From: Candidatus Heimdallarchaeota archaeon
GTDB taxonomy: Archaea; Asgardarchaeota; Heimdallarchaeia; Heimdallarchaeales; Heimdallarchaeaceae
Assembly: GCA_016840095.1 (NCBI GenBank)
Contig: JAEOSZ010000033.1
Location: forward strand, 1 to 22,158
DNA length: 22,158 nucleotides
Reading direction: 5' to 3'
Shown here: positions 15,566 through 22,158 of the stretch, piece by piece
Layout: each line of letters begins with the position of its first letter
Numbering within the stretch: the stretch's first letter is position 1
The notes under the pieces: model-generated
Told to the model about the DNA's origin: nothing
The model's database searches: none
The model's input: the letters and a program-made list of their open reading frames with translations, nothing else
Position numbers and translations under genes: made by a program

Positions 15566-17059
15566 ATGACTACAGAAGAAAGAAGAGTAAGAGATATAGG
15601 TTCATTCTTTTACCTTTGGTTTTTACTGACTCTTGCAGCTTATGCATTTGGTGCGTACTCTATTTATCAGTTGATAATTCAAAATGATGCTGTTGTTGAT
15701 TGGGTACAAGAGCAATTTGCATCTGCATCTGCTTTGCTTGGAGATTATCTCTGGTGGGGATTAGGTGCAGCAGGTGCTTTATTCTTAGTAGGAATAATCT
15801 TTGCATATCTGCAAGTTTGGTTAATGAGCTACATTGGAGCTGAACTCATAAATACTGTCGTTTTTGGCATCCCTCTAGTCCTTACTGGAGCTGGAATCGC
15901 TTCATTCTTCTTATTTGAGGAAGTGTGGATTGGTATAGTATTAATCGTGCCTGCTGTTTTCTTATTGGTAATAGCGTTATTGGTAAGCAAAAGAGTAGTT
16001 CTGGGAGCTAAGATATTTGAGATGAGCAATGAAGCAGTAAATGATGAAAAAAGTTCATTGACTCCTGTGTTCTTCTTTGCGATAATGTCATTGTTTACTT
16101 TCCTATTAGGATTTGCCGCTGCAGTATTTACAGGAGCAAATATTAGCGACTGGGTTGCTGGCTGGGGTGGAAAACAATGGCTAGAATATCTTGTGTTCTT
16201 TATTTTGATTTATGTATATCTAGCAATACATTATACTTTCTTGCACTTCAGTGATGCAATAAACATATGTATATTCAAAAGATGGAACAATTACAAAGAT
16301 TCTTCTCTAAAAATAGCTATAAGAGAAGTCTGGAAAGTGAAAGGAAGCATTGTTCTGTTTGGAATGTTTATAGCTTTCTTTGATGCGATAATTAAGACTA
16401 TACAGTTCTTTGCAAATAGAAAATTCTACAAAGGTTGGAAGAAGAATAAGGCTGTGAGTGTTACTTTGAAAGTTCTGAAAATAATCTTCTTCATATTTAT
16501 CCTAATTCTGAAAGGATTATTCAAGATATTGAAGTTCCTTAATTACTACACTTTAACTCTAATAGTAGTAGAGAAACAAGGGTTCATCAGAAGTGTTGCC
16601 AGATCAGCTGATTTATCTCTTGATTCTGCAGCTGATATAATTATTGGAAAAACTGGTGTAAATATAGCAAAAGGACTTTTCTCTTTACTAACACTAGGTT
16701 TCTTCTCAACCGGAGGTTTCTTCCTAGGTTACTATTGGTTAGCTGATCAGTTGAGTATACCAGATACTGTATTTTTCTGGAATATTTCTTATAAGGTTGG
16801 ATTCTCAATAGTTGTAGCTCTAGTATTCTTCTTGTTTGGTTATTTACCAACAGCTGCAATCTTAAGACCTATCTCAACAGCTTACAAAACAATTCTTTTC
16901 TTCCACATTGCAGATCCATTTAGAGGTCACCCAGGTAGAAGAACAAGAATTTCTCCAGATATCCAGAAGAATATTGATGGAATACAGTCTGAAGTTATGG
17001 AAACCTACGATAAAGAAGAGCGACCTGTTTGGCAAAAACCAGAAGAAGCACAAGCATAA
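15566..17059 (+). CDS. Multi-pass membrane protein resembling the choline transporter-like (CTL/SLC44/Pns1) family
   Basis: About 10 TM segments; RRVRD before TM1, GSIVLFG, KFLNYYTLTLIVVEKQGFIRSVARSADL, TAYKTILFFHIAD. Start placed at ATG 15566 because the longer ORF overlaps the divergent pfkB gene. Confidence 0.65.
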   Translation: MTTEERRVRDIGSFFYLWFLLTLAAYAFGAYSIYQLIIQNDAVVDWVQEQFASASALLGDYLWWGLGAAGALFLVGIIFAYLQVWLMSYIGAELINTVVFGIPLVLTGAGIASFFLFEEVWIGIVLIVPAVFLLVIALLVSKRVVLGAKIFEMSNEAVNDEKSSLTPVFFFAIMSLFTFLLGFAAAVFTGANISDWVAGWGGKQWLEYLVFFILIYVYLAIHYTFLHFSDAINICIFKRWNNYKDSSLKIAIREVWKVKGSIVLFGMFIAFFDAIIKTIQFFANRKFYKGWKKNKAVSVTLKVLKIIFFIFILILKGLFKILKFLNYYTLTLIVVEKQGFIRSVARSADLSLDSAADIIIGKTGVNIAKGLFSLLTLGFFSTGGFFLGYYWLADQLSIPDTVFFWNISYKVGFSIVVALVFFLFGYLPTAAILRPISTAYKTILFFHIADPFRGHPGRRTRISPDIQKNIDGIQSEVMETYDKEERPVWQKPEEAQA

Positions 17060-17107
17060 ATTCCTATTTTTCTCTTTTTTCCTTTTTCCTTTTGAGCAAG
17101 TTTTTTA
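17060..17107 (+). terminator. Putative oligo-T terminator
   Basis: Pyrimidine/T-run tract (TTCCTATTTTTCTCTTTTTCCTTTTTCCTTTTG...TTTTTTT) directly after the stop codon. Confidence 0.5.
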
Positions 17108-17139
17108 ATTCATAAAGATTCTTTTATATTTGTGAGATA

Positions 17140-18795
17140 ATGTCATCAAGATCACCTCGAAGAAGTTTGATAGGGAGTTATAGATATAGTGTTGTTATAA
17201 AACCTAATGAAACAGAGTTTTCAGAAAGTCTAAGTGGAGTTTTGGATTTATATGATGGTAAACATGTAATTGAATCACACAATTTTTCCTCTTTTAGTCA
17301 ACTTGCTGAGAAAATAATAAATTATTGGGAGACAAAATTAGGTTCAGATGTTAATGTTCACAGATTTTCAAACTGGTTATCAGAGTATTTTGGTGATATC
17401 GGTGTAACAGACATAGATTTCTACCAGTTGATGGAAGCCGTTAAAAACTTAGGCAAAGGTGTATCTTTGCAATCATCAGGAATAGCAGTGCGAGAAGCTC
17501 AGGTACGCTCTAATGATTTTGATCCAATAGATCCAAAACCTGCAAAAGCTACAGGAGCACATATGTTGGGAGAGCTTGTAAGACCAGATGACGAACCTGA
17601 ACCTGTTGAACTAAGGCCTAAACAACCTCCTGATGATACTGTAGTCAAGCCAAGTGATTTATTTAAACCAGAGGAAACAGTATCTCCTGAAGTAACTCTT
17701 TTACCACCGGTGAAAACTGAAATTGAAGAGGTTAAAGAAGAGCCACCAGTTAATACCTTACTAAAGCCAAGTGAGATTCTGAAAAAACGTGAAACTGCAT
17801 ATCCGTTGATAGAAGTGTCTTCAGAGGATGCACATCGAGTGACAGGTGATCCTGTTGTAACAAAACCTATTGAGAAATTTGAAAGAGAAGAACCTCCAAC
17901 TGAAAACTTACTTCGTCCAAGTGAATATTTGAAGAAGAGAGAGACAATTGAAGTGATCTCAAGATCATCTCCAAGTCATCCTAGTCAAATTTCAATTGAA
18001 AAAAAAACTAGAATTTTAGACCAATATAAAGAGGTTAAGCAACAGAAATTAGCTCCTCCATCTGAGGTTCCTCGTCAACCAGCTGATTACTTAATAATCA
18101 AAGAAGAGCTTATTAATGAAGAGGATGAGGTTTTAGAGGAAGTTGCTGAGGTATATGAAGAACCCGATATTGTAATCCCTGAAGCTAAACCTACAGTCAA
18201 AATTGATCCAAGTGTACAAGAGATTCCTGTACCTCCGTCAACAGGCAAAGCTGTAACTGAGAAAGAGGTTAAGGAAGAACCAAAAGTATCAGCTAAAGGA
18301 GTAGAGATTCTACCATTCGAAATAGAAATTTTAGAAGATAGTTTTTCAGAAGAAGAGAAGGAAAAATATAAACCAAAAACAATTGCTGATATGAAAGTAA
18401 CTGAAATAATGGGTGTTGGTGATAAGACTGCAATGCTTCTAAAAGATGAAGGGTTTGATTCAGTCGAGAAAATTCTTAATGCTACTCCAGAAGATTTGAG
18501 TAAAGTCCGTGGGATAGGTGTGGCTACAGCTCAGAAGATAATTTCTGAAGCTAATAACCTTAAATTTGGAATAGAACAATTTAAACAACAATCTGTATCA
18601 GAATTGAAAATTACAGATATAATGGGTGTTGCTGATAAGACTGCTATGCTTCTAAAAGATGGTGGATATGATTCTATTGAACAGATTTTAGCATCTACTC
18701 CTGAAGAATTGAGCAAGGTTCGTGGAATAGGCGTGACAACAGCAAAGAAGCTAATCTATGGAGCAAATGCTCTTAAGAAAGAAGTAGAGAAGTGA
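17140..18795 (+). CDS. Protein with small N-terminal domain, long Pro/Glu-rich linker with short repeats, and tandem C-terminal helix-hairpin-helix domains
   Basis: Two copies of (V/I)T(E/D)IMGV(G/A)DKTAMLLKD.G(F/Y)DS.E.IL..TPE.LSKVRGIGV.TA.K.I (HhH_5/RadA N-terminal-like). Confidence 0.75.
   Translation: MSSRSPRRSLIGSYRYSVVIKPNETEFSESLSGVLDLYDGKHVIESHNFSSFSQLAEKIINYWETKLGSDVNVHRFSNWLSEYFGDIGVTDIDFYQLMEAVKNLGKGVSLQSSGIAVREAQVRSNDFDPIDPKPAKATGAHMLGELVRPDDEPEPVELRPKQPPDDTVVKPSDLFKPEETVSPEVTLLPPVKTEIEEVKEEPPVNTLLKPSEILKKRETAYPLIEVSSEDAHRVTGDPVVTKPIEKFEREEPPTENLLRPSEYLKKRETIEVISRSSPSHPSQISIEKKTRILDQYKEVKQQKLAPPSEVPRQPADYLIIKEELINEEDEVLEEVAEVYEEPDIVIPEAKPTVKIDPSVQEIPVPPSTGKAVTEKEVKEEPKVSAKGVEILPFEIEILEDSFSEEEKEKYKPKTIADMKVTEIMGVGDKTAMLLKDEGFDSVEKILNATPEDLSKVRGIGVATAQKIISEANNLKFGIEQFKQQSVSELKITDIMGVADKTAMLLKDGGYDSIEQILASTPEELSKVRGIGVTTAKKLIYGANALKKEVEK
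18391..18780 (+). repeat. Intragenic direct duplication (213-nt period) encoding two HhH domains
   Basis: ATAATGGGTGTTG(G/C)TGATAAGACTGC(A/T)ATGCTTCTAAAAGATG starts at both 18406 and 18619, with continued similarity downstream. Confidence 0.9.
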
Positions 18796-18872
18796 TTTGG
18801 AACTCAAATTCAAATGCTCAAATAGGCAATGTATAGTTCTCTGAATATAACGATATCATAAAAGTGTAATCC

Positions 18873-19394
18873 ATGACTAAACCAAATATTCTGCAAATTA
18901 TTGGTTTCTCCGGTACTGGAAAAACTACATTAATTCAATTATTAATTGAGAAACTTTCAGAAATGAACTATTCATGTGCTACAATAAAATCAGCAAAAAC
19001 ACATACTTATAATTTAACCAACAAAGACTCAGACGTATTTATTAAAGCAGGGTCAAACCTTTCTGCTGTAGTTTTTGAGGATTTTACGCAAATTACACTA
19101 AAAGAGCAAGTTAGTTTAAATAAAATAATCGAAGAGTTTCAAACTAATTTCAAGCTTGATTTCATATTGATTGAAGGTTTTAAGAAAGAAAAGTACCCTA
19201 AATTATTGATTTGGGAAAAAGATATAGTAGAAGAATCGATTGATTTTGATACAATCAAATTTTTATATAGCAATTTTAAGGACTATGATGATAATAAGCA
19301 AGTTATAGATGAGTTTGTTGAAAGGAGTAATATCCTTTTTAGCACTGACGCAAATGAAACTATACAGAATGTCCTGAAATATTTCATTAGTTGA
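18873..19394 (+). CDS. mobB: Molybdopterin-guanine dinucleotide biosynthesis protein B
   Basis: IIGFSGTGKTTLI, ATIK, KDSDVFIKAG, LDFILIEGFKKEKYPK. Confidence 0.88.
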   Translation: MTKPNILQIIGFSGTGKTTLIQLLIEKLSEMNYSCATIKSAKTHTYNLTNKDSDVFIKAGSNLSAVVFEDFTQITLKEQVSLNKIIEEFQTNFKLDFILIEGFKKEKYPKLLIWEKDIVEESIDFDTIKFLYSNFKDYDDNKQVIDEFVERSNILFSTDANETIQNVLKYFIS

Positions 19395-19400
19395 GGAAAC

Positions 19401-20504
19401 ATGCATAGTTCAATAAAAAACCTGCTTGAAGAAGTTGGGAAGAAATCTTCAAGATTTAAACATTCAAAAGAAAATACTACAGGTTTGATACTAGGCTATG
19501 AAAATAATTCCGTAGACTGCGAACATTATATAACTCATCAAATAAGAAAGATGAAAAAATATGTAAATGAAATAATCATCTCTCTTCCCTTTAATTACGA
19601 GATTCAGGATATTCATTTAACAAATGAAATTAAAGATGAAGCAATTAAGCTTGCAAACAGGAATGAAAATCAATCTGCAAGGTCAGTTCTTACCTTTGAA
19701 AGTATGGTAAAAAGAAGTCTCAATGATAAGATTTTATTCTTGCCTTATGACATAGAAATATCGAATACAAAACTAGAGAATCTTGTTAATCACAATCATT
19801 CACTGTTGACGTATTTAGGATCCAATGGTAATTTTTGTCCGCCTTTAGGTTTTCTGAATCGATGGACAAATCGTTTCAATCTACAAATTCTAAGATTCAA
19901 TGAAAAAGATGGTTTAGATGACTTGTATAGAATATGTTCTGAACTAGTATTTTTAAAATTAACACAAAAGGATCAAATTAGAAAGAAATCAATCTCATCT
20001 GCTGATAATCTAGTTGGAATCAATTCCACTGATCCAGGCAGTTATTTTCCACAGAGGATTCACTATCCTTTGGATGAACAATCATTAGTGAAGATGATTG
20101 CACTTTTACACATTTTAGCAAAGGAAATTGATGAGAAAGAAAAAATTACTTCTTCATTTAAAGTGCAACAATTTCTCACTTTAAGCAATAAATTTGCTAA
20201 TTCAGGTCATTTCTTCTTAGCATTTCAAGTTCCGTATTTCTTGATGAATCATCAGAAGTACGATATAAAATATCCGTTAGATTGGTCTAATTCAAAAATC
20301 CGTGATTATGGACGGCGTCTCCTTTTGGAAGAATCAAATGTATATGCAGGAAAAGGATTTGAGAGATTAAGATATGCTTGTCTTAATGATCTGAAATCAA
20401 ACAATCTATGTAAGGAAAGCGAATGTGATTGGTTGACAAATGAGCTCTCAAAAATAAGCAAACTTCTCAATGAAGACAATATAAACCATCATACATTTAT
20501 ATGA
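19401..20504 (+). CDS. Hypothetical protein; N-terminal half resembles a degenerate MobA-like nucleotidyltransferase
   Basis: TTGLILG, HQIRKMKKYVNEIIIS, DKILFLPYD and NGNFCPPLG follow the MobA element order; directly downstream of mobB. ORF is confident, function tentative. Confidence 0.45.
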   Translation: MHSSIKNLLEEVGKKSSRFKHSKENTTGLILGYENNSVDCEHYITHQIRKMKKYVNEIIISLPFNYEIQDIHLTNEIKDEAIKLANRNENQSARSVLTFESMVKRSLNDKILFLPYDIEISNTKLENLVNHNHSLLTYLGSNGNFCPPLGFLNRWTNRFNLQILRFNEKDGLDDLYRICSELVFLKLTQKDQIRKKSISSADNLVGINSTDPGSYFPQRIHYPLDEQSLVKMIALLHILAKEIDEKEKITSSFKVQQFLTLSNKFANSGHFFLAFQVPYFLMNHQKYDIKYPLDWSNSKIRDYGRRLLLEESNVYAGKGFERLRYACLNDLKSNNLCKESECDWLTNELSKISKLLNEDNINHHTFI

Positions 20505-20574
20505 CTGCTTAGTCGTTTTATTGATGACTTATCAAGTCTTAACTCTTTCTAAGCCGGGCGTAAATATATTGTAC

Positions 20575-21966
20575 ATGTTTGTGAAAATATTATTTGGACT
20601 GATATTACCTTTTCTAATTGAAATCTTCGTTTACATCATTTATACAGGACTACGAACTCATGATTATCAATTTTCATCACTATTACTCTTTATCTTTCTC
20701 ATCATTCCGATAATTTTCCTCTATATTATCGCACCAAGATTGATATTCTATTTTGGAGGAGTTAAAAGGCATATTTCACACAATCTGAAAAATAATCTTG
20801 AAGATGTTTTTCTTAAACCAAGACGTTTGAAGATTCGTGAGAAAGCTGTTCCTCTAGAAGATATGGCACATATTCTTAAAGCTGAAGAAATGAAGCTACT
20901 AAAGAACAAGATTGAATCAAAAGTAATTCCTGATTTACTAAAAGAAGCTAGAAAGCAGTATTCACAAAACTTTGTTGATAGGGGAAGCAATAATAGAAAT
21001 GAGCGATTATTGACTTATAATGAAGCTCTATTCCTATTTAGTGGTGTTACTTCCTTATTGCTGTTTATGAACTTGATTCTTGTTCTAATTCTGCAGGGAA
21101 CAAGCATTAAGTTTGATTTTATTGAATTGGATCAAATTTCAAACTCAGTGAATGTTCTCATATTTGCATTGGTTTTCGGAATATTGCTCTTCTGCGGTAT
21201 TTTCCTGTTTTTCACATCATCTAGAACACTATGTAAACTAATTCCAAGAATTGTTCCTATTATCTACTATGAACCGGAGATTGAAAGAGAAAGAAGACTA
21301 ATCCAAATTCTTTCTATTGCGGAATTTCCAATAAGTAATCTCTTTGTGAGAAGAACACAGAAAGATTTGTCAGGTATAATATAAGAAGCAAAAAAGAGTT
21401 TACTATTATCACAACTGGTTGAAACTATTTCGTGGTATTATAGAGATGAAATGGCAAAATCCATTGCATGGAAACTGTATAAAGAAGTATTAGAGGAAAT
21501 TCAAATACCTGAAGAAACAAAGGAGAAGATTGAAAAACAATTCAAATATGATCCACTTTTGCAAATTATTTCTAGTCAAATACTAACTTCAGAAGAAGAG
21601 CAAGCAATTAAAGCTGATTTAGATTATATTCAAGAAAAAATAGCTAAGTGGGATAAGATAAGAAGTGAGGAGCAAACACTCTCTTTTCTACTTATCTACA
21701 GAACTCTAGAAACGGTATTCAGAAAAACTCTGATCAGTCTTTTTCCAGAACTAGAAAGGGAAGAAGTAAATTTCATAAAACTAATTGACATACTAAAAAA
21801 TAATAGACTTATTACAGAAGATGCTTCTTCTTTATTACACGAAATTAGGTTTAAGAGAAATGTTCTATTTCATGAACCAGGGAAATCCTTAGATTTAGGT
21901 AAAGATACAATGAATAAATTACTTTATGTGATAAAGGAAATTATGGATAAGGCTGAAGAGAAATAG
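20575..21966 (+). pseudogene. Membrane protein (4 TM) with C-terminal HEPN-like domain, interrupted by one in-frame TAA at 21382-21384
   Basis: ORFs 20521-21384 and 21451-21966 share a frame. The 66 nt between them are open (EAKKSLLLSQLVETISWYYRDE). C-terminus carries YRTLETVFR and RNVLFH (Rx4H). Confidence 0.6.
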
Positions 21967-21988
21967 ATGTTAGTAAGGTGAATTTAAC

Positions 21989-22158
21989 ATGACAATTCCA
22001 ACCTATTTGAGGAGTGAGATTCCTTTTCTAAGAAATGAAAGACCATTGATTATGGCTCATAGAGGAAGAAGCGCATTCACTCCCGAGAGTTCATATCAAT
22101 CGTTCAAGGAAGCTTATGATTTAGATGTTGATGTTCTTGAAACAGACATTCGTCTAAC
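21989..22158 (+). CDS. Glycerophosphodiester phosphodiesterase (5' partial, runs off the window)
   Basis: Translation MTIPTYLRSEIPFLRNERPLIMAHRGRSAFTPESSYQSFKEAYDLDVDVLETDIRL contains the GDPD HRG, PE(N/S) and ExD motifs. AAGGTGA SD upstream. Not in the ORF track. Confidence 0.88.
   Translation, partial: MTIPTYLRSEIPFLRNERPLIMAHRGRSAFTPESSYQSFKEAYDLDVDVLETDIRL

Noticed and set aside
18391-18795. RadA/Rad51 recombinase
   Set aside because: Only the HhH module is present; there is no RecA ATPase core.
629-20990. Short alternative-frame and antisense ORFs in the track (629-940, 3624-3890, 4275-4520, 5241-5525, 6713-6931, 7545-7757, 8174-8371, 8981-9187, 10310-10510, 12266-12508, 13091-13360, 15829-16029, 16641-16859, 16908-17108, 18531-18716, 20748-20990)
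   Set aside because: All lie within or largely overlap well-supported genes and have no recognisable motifs; treated as shadow ORFs.
21382-21384. Programmed recoding (selenocysteine or pyrrolysine)
   Set aside because: Those use UGA and UAG; this codon is UAA, and other genes in the window terminate normally at TAA.

Overview
AT-rich, gene-dense archaeal window with no rRNA, tRNA, CRISPR array or mobile element detected. An archaeal tRNA-splicing endonuclease and a KaiC-like ATPase occur together with several eukaryote-like proteins, which suggests an Asgard archaeon, probably Heimdallarchaeia-like (inference). Best candidate for an undescribed system is a tightly coupled three-gene operon (10626-13412). 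It encodes an Arf/Sar1-like GTPase with a C-terminal longin/roadblock-type domain, a paralogous GTPase with degenerate switch motifs plus a longin domain, and a longin(uDENN-like)-gelsolin-like fusion that may carry an arginine finger. This architecture recalls Rag heterodimers with GATOR/FLCN-type regulators. Other notable items: a CTL/SLC44 choline-transporter-like membrane protein, a circularly permuted family-5 solute-binding protein, a KaiC-like ATPase paired with a CxxC thioredoxin/KaiB-like protein, a membrane protein with a HEPN-like RNase domain split by one in-frame TAA, an HdrD/GlcF-GlcD-GcvH operon, a THUMP-less ThiI and a degenerate MobA beside mobB. All family assignments come from motif recognition by eye; no database search was run.
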